This document shows positions 11,476 through 23,077 of a stretch of DNA of 64,000 nucleotides, one piece after another. How positions within the stretch are numbered: the first letter of the stretch is position 1; every line of letters begins with the position of its first letter. The notes beneath the pieces are model-generated. The model saw only the letters and a program-made list of their open reading frames with translations. It was not told the DNA's origin and ran no database searches. The DNA is taken from the NCBI GenBank assembly GCA_002104905.1, contig MCFE01000114.1, positions 1 through 64,000 of the forward strand, in the 5' to 3' direction. This DNA comes from Basidiobolus meristosporus CBS 931.73. Taxonomy: Eukaryota; Fungi; Basidiobolomycota. The position numbers were made by a program, and so were the translations under genes.

Positions 11476-12855
11476 TCAGAGATCTCGAGCCACGCGAAAG
11501 CCCCACATGTTTGACCTTGCTTGACTGTTCAAATAGGCATTGCGATACCTGGATCTAACGTTGTAGGCGTTATATAGCCATGCGCCACCACGAAGTACAG
11601 GAAAATTAGCAATACCGTCTGCTGACCATTCACTCCCGTCAGTCACCGCATTGGTGTAATTATAGTGCCAGGGATCAGTTACCCATTCTCTAGCATTTGC
11701 CGCCATATCGTGTAAGCCAAAAGCATTGGGCTTAAAGGAACCCACAGAAGCTGTGAACGCGTGGCCATCAGAGCAAGGAAAACCGATAGACGATACTCCA
11801 GTTGCGTTTAAAGTGGTGTAATCCAAAACATTTTCGTAGTCACAGGCCAGTTCCAATTCGTCACCCCAATAGTGTACCGTGTTGGATCCAGCTCTTAAGG
11901 CATACTCAAACTCGGATTCGTACGGCAGTCGGTAATTTTTTCCGGTCTTTGCGGATAGCCAACCAGTGTATGCCAGAGCATCCTCTTTTCGGACACATAA
12001 TACCGGCTCATCTCCCCTCTGTTCCACTCCAAACAAAGGGTCCAGGTAGGAAAGATGGTCAAAGAACTGGAGTGTACTGCCATTTGTAGTATAGCCGGTG
12101 CTAAGACAGCCTTTAGGAAAACGGTATCCAGTTTCGTTCACAAAGGCAGAGAAGTCATCTCGTGTTACTTCGTACGTGCTCAGAGCAAACGGTTTCAGAA
12201 TGTTGACAGTATGCTGAGGTGATTCGTAGCGAAGCGATGCAGTAGGAGCGTTTGTGTCATGTATCTCCTGGGCCGATACACCCATCACATATGAACCAGC
12301 CGGGACGACAGTTAATTGAGGGCAAAAAGAATCGGTGCAATCGACGAACTTGGTGCCAGGTGGAGTTAGTACGCTACTGTCATAGTTCGAATCAGTAGCT
12401 TTGGCGGGAGCGGAAAGCGGGGGCGGAGGAGAGGCCACCAAGGACCGAATGTCGTCTACAGTTCTCTTCCAGACTTTAAAAAATTCCACAAGCAGTGCAG
12501 GCCGTTCAATGCTTCTACCCACAGGATCATAATCAGAAGCGTTACATCGGTGGCCAATGAAGTCGAGGGTGAATCTCAGATCCGATAATTTCTCCGTCAC
12601 TTCACTGGTAAGGTAACTTTGTGCGTCTTGGTATTTGAGATCATTGATCTGGGGGTCGTTGATTACCACGCTTAACTTGGAAATAGCATTGTCCACCAAG
12701 GGGATCAGGGAAAAATGTGGCTCTGCGCAGTTCCCTTGGCCATCCCAGGATATGGAAGAGGCCAGGTTACTTAAAGATGTTTGAAGCTCCGAATACCCCG
12801 ACAAGATGGTGATATCCTGAGCCGCAACCAAAGTCAATAGTAATAGGTACCACAT
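11476..12855 (-). CDS. Secreted protein with an unknown N-terminal region and a C-terminal FGE-sulfatase (SUMF1/PvdO-like) domain, intronless
   Basis: Likely start MWYLLLLTLVAAQ at 12855. Motifs FVDC..CPQLTVVPAGSYVMG, YEVTRDDF, PVLCV, YRLPYESEFEYALRAG, PNAFGLHDMAANAREW, RGGAW, GFRVARD. Confidence 0.88.
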   Translation of the reverse strand: MWYLLLLTLVAAQDITILSGYSELQTSLSNLASSISWDGQGNCAEPHFSLIPLVDNAISKLSVVINDPQINDLKYQDAQSYLTSEVTEKLSDLRFTLDFIGHRCNASDYDPVGRSIERPALLVEFFKVWKRTVDDIRSLVASPPPPLSAPAKATDSNYDSSVLTPPGTKFVDCTDSFCPQLTVVPAGSYVMGVSAQEIHDTNAPTASLRYESPQHTVNILKPFALSTYEVTRDDFSAFVNETGYRFPKGCLSTGYTTNGSTLQFFDHLSYLDPLFGVEQRGDEPVLCVRKEDALAYTGWLSAKTGKNYRLPYESEFEYALRAGSNTVHYWGDELELACDYENVLDYTTLNATGVSSIGFPCSDGHAFTASVGSFKPNAFGLHDMAANAREWVTDPWHYNYTNAVTDGSEWSADGIANFPVLRGGAWLYNAYNVRSRYRNAYLNSQARSNMWGFRVARDL

Positions 12856-14017
12856 ACTAAATATTAATATGCCACAAAGGAGTGAATCTGCCCACTTTAT
12901 ACTTCCCAAACATCCGAGAAAATGGCGCAAGTATGATAATCGTAATCAACGTGAAGAGACGCTTCAATGGGCTGAATGTAGCACCACCTATGACAACCTC
13001 AATTAATGCAAAGGCGCACTTCTATGGGTTGAATGTAGCGCCACCTGTGGTGACTTGTGAAGGTGACGACTTTGGTTTCATTGATAATTCGACATGTGCA
13101 GACTCTGAGTGGGTAAAAGGAAAAGAACCTTAGGCCAATGATCTTATCAGCATAAACCGTCAATATCAACAAGAAATTCATCATTACGATAAGGTGATTA
13201 ATCTTGCTTAAAATATTTAGTTTAAACTGTTAATTTGACATCCAGCTAGTTCACAGCATTGATTATAAACCATACATCGACCACCTAGATTATTTGCAAT
13301 GCTCAGCACAAAATGCATAGTATGGAATATTCCAGGTGCTCGATGAAATTTTTTTCAATATCTAATAGGGAAAAGAAAGCGAAAGATTTGATTGGATCAA
13401 AAGATTGTATGATATCCTAAATTGATGGCATTGTCCCTAGGATTTAGCCAATTTCCGACATTTCGCATTCAGAAATAAGTTTAGTTTAGACACAGAAATC
13501 CAATTCTTTATGTTATTGCCAAGAGGAGCTAATAATATTTCGGTTTCCAAACTAGTGAGACACCGCTTAAAGCCACTACAATACCTTTAGACCAGGGACC
13601 TTGATAGTAGGTGAACTGAAATGGCCAACCAAACTCGTCGTCCCAAACCCTCAACTAAATCCAAAATAGGCAAGGGTCGATGACATTGATTACTACAGGT
13701 AGTCATGGTAACTAGCCAGTCCGCATGGCCGATGGACATGCGTACCTGGTTTTATGTATCTGATTAGCATAAAAAAGGGAAATCAAAGACTGTTACTTGC
13801 ATTGATCAGTAAATGCCCTGTCGAAGTTATTTATAACTTGAGCAAGCACCATGAACAACCTGACTCTACGGCATTTTAGGCATATCTTGTTCTATTCATA
13901 GATTAAATGCTAGTCACCAGGCTTGGAAGACGGAAAGCAATACACCCATCCAAGTATAAATATGAGCTTGTGAGACTAGAGCAGTACCATCAATATACGC
14001 CTACCACAATACTCAAG

Positions 14018-14464
14018 ATGAAATCTTTCTTTGCCTGCATTCTAGCCGCTGTCGCTGCCCAAGTTTCTGCTGCCCCAACTGGTGCTAACGTTTGCAGCGG
14101 GTGGTCGGTATCACCTTTGGAGACCGCTGGTGATTCAAAATCCACTTTTGCTTCAGGTCAGAAGGTTACTCTCAAGTGGGACACTCTTCACTCTCAGATT
14201 GAGCACATCAGTGAGGTTGGGCTCTTCAGTGCCGAAAACCAGGAGTTCCTCCACATTCAATACAGTGACTATCCTGGAATTTCCGCTAAAGCCGGAGAAT
14301 TGACTTTTGAACTCTCGGTTCCCCTTTGCTTGCAAAAGGAAGGAAAGTATTATCTTGGAGTATACGGCAGTACCGCTGGTGAGGACAGTAACTGCTCCCT
14401 CAACACCGAGTCATTTGAATTGACCGCTGACCCCAACGGTGATTATTCCGTCTGTAAAATGTAA
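14018..14464 (+). CDS. Small secreted protein (148 aa), probably all-beta; function unknown
   Basis: ATG at 14018 in CAAGATG context, TATAAATA about 65 bp upstream, signal peptide MKSFFACILAAVAAQVSA, four Cys in the mature part, gene-like codon usage. Confidence 0.75.
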   Translation: MKSFFACILAAVAAQVSAAPTGANVCSGWSVSPLETAGDSKSTFASGQKVTLKWDTLHSQIEHISEVGLFSAENQEFLHIQYSDYPGISAKAGELTFELSVPLCLQKEGKYYLGVYGSTAGEDSNCSLNTESFELTADPNGDYSVCKM

Positions 14465-14711
14465 AACCAAATGTGGGTTGTTGATCCTTTCTCACATCTG
14501 TAAACGATAATTGCACCACTTGTATGCTAAGGACATACAAGAGACTATAACTACGTAGTTCAGAATTTTCAGGAAAAATTTATTAAAGAGCTATTTGAAT
14601 ATGCATTTCAGCACTATGCTTTTTATAATTTATTCTTGTTATCGAATACGTTTATTAATTGGAGGTTGAACTACACTTGCAATAGTAGATTGAATTCTTA
14701 TCAATCGTCAC

Positions 14712-15967
14712 TTACTGATTTGAGTTGAATACCAAGAGGTTAGGAGTGGTGTCATCCAATCCGGAGATGGTGTCCTGAGTGGCCTGGTTCTGAAGGGCTG
14801 AGTAGACATCAGCTGGACTGTTCAAGCCTCCTTGGGACAAATACAAGGCGGCAACGCCGGCAACATGGGGGCTGGCCATACTGGTGCCGGAGATCTTCTT
14901 GGAGGCGTTGGTACCTCCAATCCAGGAGGAAGTGATGTCTTGGCCTGGGGCAAGGACCTTTACACACTCGCCATAGTTGCTGAAACTGGCCAAAGAGTCG
15001 GAGATAGTGGTGGCGCCAACAGCAAATGCTTGAGCGGCATTGGCAGGGGAAACATTGCAGGCATCTTGGCTCTCATTACCTGCAGCAACAATGAAGGTGA
15101 CGCCAGCCTGGACAGCAGCGTTGACTGCTTGCTTCAACGCCTCACTGTTACCTCCACCAAGTGACATGTTGGCAACACTCTTGCGGCCACTCTTCTTGGC
15201 TTGCTCAGCGACCCAGTTGACTCCAGAGATGACCCCGGAGGTAGTGCCACTTCCACTGCCACTCAGCACCTTGACTCCGATGAGCTTGGCCTTCTTGGCC
15301 ACACCATAGGTGTTACCACCAACAGTGCCTGACACATGGGTACCGTGACCGTTGAGATCATCAGTAGCCTCGCCAGTGATGAAGCTCACGGGGAGGGTAG
15401 CTCTGCCACTGAACTCGGTGTGCTTGACATTGATACCAGTATCGATGATGTACACATCAACTCCTTCACCAGCTGAGTCGGGGTAGTTGTAGGGAGCACT
15501 GGTGTCACGGGTGCGCTGAGAGATTCTCGGAAGACCCCAGCTTGGAGGGTTGGTCTGGACACCGGAGATGGTGAACACTTGCTCAGCCTCGACATACTCG
15601 ACATCCCCATGAGCCTTGAGCTCGGTGACCAAGCCTTGGCTGAGGGTACCGGCGTAGGCGTTGAAGCTTTCCAGGGAGAACTTGCTCTTGAGCTCGTTCT
15701 TCAGTCCGTTGTTACCACTGCGGCCACGGTTATACTGGTCAAGCTTGGTCTTCAAGAACTGGTCAACTGCGATATCATGCAATGCCAAGGGTTAGAGTGC
15801 ATGCCAGGATTGAAGATCATTTCAACAATACCTTTGTTGGGGTCAGCATCCTGCTTGATCTTGACGATGTACTTGTTGGAGACATCCACGATCTGAGCCT
15901 CAGCCAACTGAGCAGTCAGGAGAATAGCCACAAGGAAGCCTAATGTGAAGGTGCGGAAGCTGACCAT
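14712..15967 (-). CDS. Subtilisin-like serine protease (S8A, signal + I9 propeptide), copy 1, subtype A, 396 aa; exons 15967-15832 and 15766-14712
   Basis: Triad motifs IIDTG, NGHGTH, SGTSMASPH; AAGN oxyanion hole; PPSWGL; 65-bp GT-AG intron with CTAAC. Confidence 0.96.
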
Positions 15968-16598
15968 ACTTGCAGAGGGAGTATTGAAAATGCTGTCCGA
16001 TGTGTCTTCAGGGGAGGCATTTTATAGTTGTCTGAAACTCGAGTTCTCTACCTTTTCAAGTGAGAACCAGCCATCCGTTAATTCACCAAAATCAGCACTC
16101 AATGTCTTGGTGACACACACTTGGGCTACAATATGTAAACAGACCGATGGATTCCCTGTTCCCATGAATAATTATGTTCACTGGTTCTTAATATTACTTA
16201 TACTTATTATAGTGGAAGATGCCTATATGTTTCCTAATATTCGGAGCGTAGTTAGTGACCCCCAACGATTTCACCGCGTCACTATTGATGATAAGGAACA
16301 TGCAGATCGTATCCATATATCCAAAAGGGGTGAGAAAAAATATTATTAGATATAATGCCATGTGATGGTTTGTGCGACACAAATTTTGTCCCTTCTCTAT
16401 CAGACATAACATTAGACAGTTTGAATTTCGGAAAATTGGGCAATATACTATCTCGACTTAGTTTGAGTTTTTGTAGTACATCTCCAGTTGCAAAGGCATT
16501 TTATCAAGAATCAAAGTAGAAAACGCTCCCGCAATGGAAACGTAAAACAATTTATTGAAATTGGTTCATTTAGGGATAATCCTACATTGTGTGTCAAG

Positions 16599-17854
16599 TT
16601 ATTGGTTTGAGTTGAATATCAAGAGGTTAGAAGTGGTGTTATCCAATCCGGAGATGGTGTCCTGAGTGGCCTGGTTCTGAAGGGCTGAGTAGACATCAGC
16701 TGGACTGTTCAAGCCTCCTTGGGACAAATACAAGGCAGCAACGCCGGCAACATGGGGGCTGGCCATACTGGTGCCGGAGATCTTCTTGGAGGCGTTGGTA
16801 CCTCCAATCCAGGAGGAAGTGATGTCTTGGCCTGGGGCAAGGACCTTTACACACTCGCCATAGTTGCTGAAACTGGCCAAAGAGTCGGAGATAGTGGTGG
16901 CGCCAACAGCAAATGCTTGAGCGGCATTGGCAGGGGAAACATTGCAGGCATCTTGGCTCTCATTACCTGCAGCAACAATGAAGGTGACGCCAGCCTGGAC
17001 AGCAGCGTTGACTGCTTGCTTCAATGCCTCACTGTTACCTCCACCAAGTGACATGTTGGCAACACTCTTGCGGCCACTCTTCTTGGCTTGCTCGGCAACC
17101 CAGTTGACTCCAGAGATGACCCCGGAGGTGGTGCCGCTTCCACTGCCACTCAGCACCTTGACTCCGATGAGCTTGGCCTTCTTGGCCACGCCATAGGTGT
17201 TGCCACCAACAGTGCCTGACACATGGGTACCGTGACCGTTGAGATCATCAGTAGCCTCGCCAGTGATGAAGCTCACGGGGAGGGTAGCTCTGCCACTGAA
17301 CTCGGTGTGCTTGACATTGATACCAGTATCGATGATGTACACATCAACTCCTTCACCAGCCGAGTCGGGGTAGTTGTAGGGAGCACTGGTGTCACGGGTG
17401 CGCTGAGAGATTCTTGGAAGACCCCAGCTTGGAGGGTTGGTCTGGACACCGGAGATGGTGAACACTTGCTCAGCCTCGACATACTCGACATCTCCATGAG
17501 CCTTGAGCTCGGTGACCAAGCCTTGGCTGAGGGTACCGGCGTAGGCATTGAAGCTTTCCAGGGAGAACTTGCTCTTGAGCTCGTTCTTCAGTCCGTTGTT
17601 ACCACTGCGGCCACGGTTATACTGGTCAAGCTTGGTCTTCAAGAACTGGTCAACTGCGATATCATGCAATGCCAAGGGTTAGAGTGCATGCCAGGATTGA
17701 AGATCATTTCAACAATACCTTTGTTGGGGTCAGCATCCTGCTTGATCTTGACGATGTACTTGTTGGAGACATCCACGATCTGAGCCTCAGCCAACTGAGC
17801 AGTCAGGAGAATAGCCACAAGGGAGCCCAAGGCGAAGGGGCGGAAATTGACCAT
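16599..17854 (-). CDS. S8A subtilisin copy 2, subtype A; exons 17854-17719 and 17653-16599
   Basis: Same motifs; 65-bp intron identical to that of copy 1. Confidence 0.96.
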
Positions 17855-18230
17855 GATATGGTGATTTTCTGGAAGTACAGTTTTTGCTGCCTTATCGGAT
17901 GTTAGCTGGGCACGCTTTATACTCTTTCTCATGCTGCTCATATCAGTTTTAATCTCTCATCGAAGATGCAACAGAAATTAACCGGTGGCAAACTTGAATG
18001 TGGTTTTTGGAAACTCACCCGAATATCATAGTTCGATTTGATAAGAATCAGCGGTGGACGCGGAGATGTTCACATTACCAAGTAAATTCCTGCGATTGTT
18101 GTTAGATAGATCAGCTCAAAGGTCAACATATAATGTGATGTATCATCCTTTTCTGGACATTCGGAGACATCCGTTGGGAAACAAGTTCTCATCTATTAAC
18201 GATATTTGTTGTATTGATTTTGACGATCAC

Positions 18231-18246
18231 TTCCATATATCTGGAA
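18231..18246. promoter_or_regulatory. TTCC-N8-GGAA dyad upstream of copy 2
   Basis: ttccatatatctggaa, about 380 bp upstream of the ATG; recurs upstream of other copies. Confidence 0.45.
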
Positions 18247-18959
18247 TGGTCGTGTGAAGGCATTACTCGCTATATTGTCAATTGATGTGCAGCCCATTGT
18301 TCTTCCACATGGTTCAAACTGTTCATATTCATACCGGAGGGCTCGCCCAGTTGAGTCCTGCGTTAAGTGGTAGCACCATCGACCACCAATAAAGCGCCTA
18401 ATCCAACCTGTACTCTGATGTACTTTCCAGAAAAGATACGGACTACAAGATCATATTTATGAGTTATCAGTACTGCAAATAACTTGTGTGCTTCGTATTT
18501 ATATATATGGATTTTATAGCAAGTGAGTGGTTATTTACGATTACTACGTAGAATTGTAACGATACAAGAATAGCAATTGTAGACAGCCATCCTAAACCTT
18601 GAACACGTTGGCAAACGTATATCAAAAAGGTGTGATACTGCTGACGTGAACTTCCAGTTACGCTTCAGTTGGTATGTATGCTACAGTATGAATCCCAATC
18701 CTTTTCAGGTACTTGAAATTTCGAGTACTAGATAGTTTTGGAGCAGTGTTGGAGATACCTATAGAAGCACATATCCAGTAATGATTCCGCAGGTTTTCTC
18801 ACAGTTATATTCTCCCAAGCTCCTTAGCACTTCGGTTATACTATTATACCATGAGTACTCAACGCTATAAAAGGAATTCTGAATTGTAAGCGGAAGAGTT
18901 GCCCGAAAAGCTATTAGTACTTGAAACCAAAATAATGCTGTATAATTTCCATTCATGGT

Positions 18960-19570
18960 ACTCATTAGTTCACAAGGTTTGCTACCTCCTCAATTTTGTC
19001 GAGATGATGGTGTTCCCAGTTTAGCCATTAATGTGGTATCTATAACACGGCCTTGAATCAAAGCGTAGCGTGGACTTGTGCATACCTTCTTGTAACATGT
19101 ACGAAACACCAACACCGGCAACATGTGAACTTGCCATATTAGTATTGGAAATCCTGTTGGGTGAGTTGATACTTGTCCCGGGGCCAGGATTTTTACATAC
19201 TAGTCACGGTTACTGAAGCTAGCCAAAGAGTTAGAGGGGGTAGTGGTCCAAGCAACGAATATCATTCGTGGGCAGCATTAGTGGGCGAGGCATCTTGGTT
19301 CTCGATACTACGAGCAACAATGAAGGTAACATCAGCCTAGTCGGCTACATTGCTGGCCTGTTTAAATGCCTCACTATTGCCACTTCATAGCGGTATACTT
19401 GAGGCAATCTAGTGACTGCCCTATTTAACTTGACAGCAACACGCTTGACCCCAAAAATAGCTGGGGATATGGGATCATTTTCACAGTCGCACCATATCTT
19501 GAGCTGAGTGAACATACAATAGGTGTCTGTGAAGACAAGTTTCAATAACACTTCAATGACGGTTATACCG
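18960..19570 (-). pseudogene. Heavily decayed subtilisin relic 1 (approximate limits)
   Basis: Recognisable homologous blocks such as gcaacaatgaaggtaac, aatgcctcactattgccac, ttactgaagctagcc and caacatgtgaacttgccatatt; stops and frameshifts. Confidence 0.75.
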
Positions 19571-19789
19571 CTCATGCTTGGTCCTCAGGGATGGGTAAAT
19601 TCTATCAGTAGGAAAATATCGGATTTAAGTTCATGATTCCATTAAAATAATAATCCTTCTTGATTACAACATGATACTGGCGCGTTGCAGATTATCTTCC
19701 GTTCTATACATGTAACTGTCATGTATCACAAGCCTAACAAAACGTTATCCACAAATATATGAATGTGTATTACCAGCTAACCTATGCCT

Positions 19790-20470
19790 GTTTCTTGATT
19801 AGACTTGGAAGCTAGCAGCAGCAGCAATCTAGTCGTCGCGGTCTTGATCCGACATAAACCTCTTTGTGACGAGTATCAAGTGGCAACATAGGTAACTTGT
19901 AGACTAGCCAGGCTAGTATGAGATGCGGTACATTGCCCAGGAGCTAATATTTTCGCACATTTGCCATAGTTGCTGAAGTTGGTTAAAGGTACAGAGATAG
20001 CAACTTTTGCTCCGGTAGCGAATGCCTGAGCAGTAACGGCAGGGAAGATTACATAGGCACTTGACCCACATTATCAGCAACAACAATGAGAGTGAGTGAC
20101 ACCGTTGGAAGACAGAATTGGCCGTTTGCTTCGAAGTCTCACTGTTACCTTCACCAGGTGACTATTGGCAATGATTTTGTGCCTACTCTTCTTGGCTTGC
20201 TTCATAGCTCAGTTTATCCGGTTTTAGCCATTTATTCCTTGATTTCACTTCAAGGCGCTCATAAAACTGTTCACTTCATGTATTCTTCTACAGCCCATTA
20301 TATGCTGAAGCTGAAGTGTCAGTTAATGACGACTTAACTTCATATACTATCCCTTGTTTGCAATATAAGTGCTAAGCTGACGGAAGATTGCTCGTCATGC
20401 GCTATCCAATTTTCAACTGCTGCATCATATCAGCATCTCATCAATGGTTCGTTCTTGACCTTTTTCGAAT
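19790..20470 (-). pseudogene. Heavily decayed subtilisin relic 2 (approximate limits)
   Basis: Blocks ttgccatagttgctgaag, cactgttaccttcacc, ctcttcttggcttgc and gcgaatgcctgagc match the intact copies; the frame is disrupted. Confidence 0.8.
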
Positions 20471-20928
20471 GAAACCACTCCTGATTCCTTTTGGTGCGAC
20501 ATACAAATCAGGTAATTAACAGATAACGAGAAGCCATGGCCCTAGTATCATCCGAGTTCCCAATATTCATCCTTCCGTATTACCGGATTGACCATTCGAA
20601 AATAAGTTGGTGATAATATCACCTGATGAGAGATATATATGACGCACGATCCCAGTACCTGGTATGGAATATAAAAATCGGTAAATAAATTCACCAATTC
20701 CACCGGAATGCAGTCTTATGTGCTAAGAGTTCATGAGTGATTATCATATTCCAGCCACACATTAGAATAATAATGACGACATTTCGTAGCGCGCTGAATA
20801 CGTATATCTCTGATAGTAAAGTGGCAATTAAGTGATTATTATCACAAGCGTCATAAATACTCTCGAGCGGTAAGCGACATCAAATTCAAAATTTATTACA
20901 GTTCCAGCACACTTATCACCTGCTATTA

Positions 20929-22183
20929 TTATTGATTTGAGTTAAAGACCAAGAGGTTAGGAGTCGTTCCTTTCAATCCAGTAATCGCATTCTTGGTGGC
21001 TTTAGATTGAAGGGCTGAGTAGACTTCAGCCGGACTGTTCAAACCTCCTTGGGACAAATACAGTGCTGCAACGCCGGCAACATGGGGGCTGGCCATACTG
21101 GTGCCGGAGATCTTGTTCGATGCGTTGGTGCTTCCAATCCAGGCTGATGTGATATCCTGGCCTGGGGCCAAGATTTTCACACACTTGCCATAGTTGCTGA
21201 AGCTGGCTGAGGTGTCGGAGATGGTGGTGGCCCCAACAGCAAATGCTTGATCAGCATTGGCAGGGGTGACATTGCAGGCATCTTGGCTTTCATTACCTGC
21301 AGCAACAATGAAGGTGACACCGGCTTGGACAGCAGCGTTGACTGCTTGCTTCAACGCCTCACTGTTACCTCCACCAAGTGACATGTTAGCAACGCTCTTG
21401 CGGCCACTCTTCTTGGCTTGCTCAGCAACCCAGTTGACTCCAGAGATGACCCCGGAGGTAGTACCACTTCCACTGCCACTCAGCACCTTGACTCCGATGA
21501 GCTTGGCCTTCTTGGCCACACCATAGGTGTTACCACCAACAGTGCCTGACACGTGGGTACCGTGACCGTTGAGATCATCAGTAGCCTCGCCAGTGATGAA
21601 GCTCACGGGGAGGGTAGCTCTGCCACTGAACTCGGTGTGCTTGACATTGATACCAGTATCGATGATGTACACATCAACTCCTTCACCAGCTGAGTCGGGG
21701 TAGTTGTAGGGGGCACTGGTGTCACGGGTGCGCTGAGAGATTCTCGGAAGACCCCAGCTTGGAGGGTTGGTCTGGACACCGGAGATGGTGAACACTTGCT
21801 CAGCCTCGACATACTCGACATCTCCATGAGCCTTGAGCTCGGTGACCAAGCCTTGGCTGAGGGTACCGGCATATGCGCTGAAGTTCTTCAGAGAGAACTT
21901 GCTCTTGAGCTCATTCTTCAGTCCATTGTTACCGCTGCGGCCACGGTTATATTGATCAAGCTTGGTCTTCAAGAACTGGTCAACTAAATCACAATGCACA
22001 CCTTAGTTTCAATCTACGACGTTTGAAGGCTATTTTACGGCTTATACCTTTGTTAGAATCAGCACCCTCCTTGATTTTCACGATGTACTTGTTGGAAACA
22101 TCAACAATCTGAGCTTCAGTTAACTGGACTGTTAAGAGAATGGCGACCAAGGAGCCCAAAGTGAAAGAGCGGAAATTGACCAT
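20929..22183 (-). CDS. S8A subtilisin copy 3, subtype B; exons 22183-22048 and 21983-20929
   Basis: Intact triad; 64-bp intron. Confidence 0.96.
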
Positions 22184-23077
22184 GATAAGTGAGAGAGTTT
22201 GCAGTTCGATGCTTTTGTGTAGGCTGCTCATGTGCATTATATAGTCGCTCGTCTGCCATCACAACACTCTCAGGCATTCTGGTGGACTTGACAGAGAGTT
22301 CGTATCCGGTTACTCAGCAGAATTTCAGGTTTACCCTCGATAGCAACGGTGTCGTTAATTCACACGGAATCACGCAATTGTGAAGGTATCCACAGTGGTG
22401 TGAAGAAAAAATATATAGCATTTAGAATAATCAACTGCTTAATAGAAATCCAAGTCCACAGAATCGATTTTAATCCAAACACTCGGAGTAATTCTTCTTC
22501 TGGACCAAGTGAAACCAAATTGATGATCATCCCCATTTACTTGGAAAAAGCATGCGCTCATTCAGACGGACATGCACTCATTTGATATTCTCAAGTCACG
22601 TATCTCAATGAATTTGGAACATGGATTGGTATTTACTAGGATATATGTGCTATGCCATATGAAACTAGAACATGTACTTCCATCCTGACTAATTTAGTTT
22701 ACTTTAACCAATGGTCAATTGGCCAAGGATATTTGTGGTATAGTACCCGATCGTGCAGGTTCAAGCTCAGCATGGAGCAGCCCCATGCTATATTCACTAA
22801 TTCAAGACGTCACTTAAATGGCATTCTAAGGAAATCTGACATACATAAAATAATTACTAATCCCGTGACACCACTGTAATTCATTGGACTTAATCACAAA
22901 CGATTACTGCTACGGGAAAGATGCTGAAGACTCTGTTACATGTCAAATAGGGTTCACGTTTACTGTAATATCGATTGTAATGCAAAATCGAGCTAACTTC
23001 GTTGTAGGTTTGAGCAGCAAGTAACATATAAAATTGAAAATTTATTACAGTTCTGTCACACTTGACATCTGCTATTA

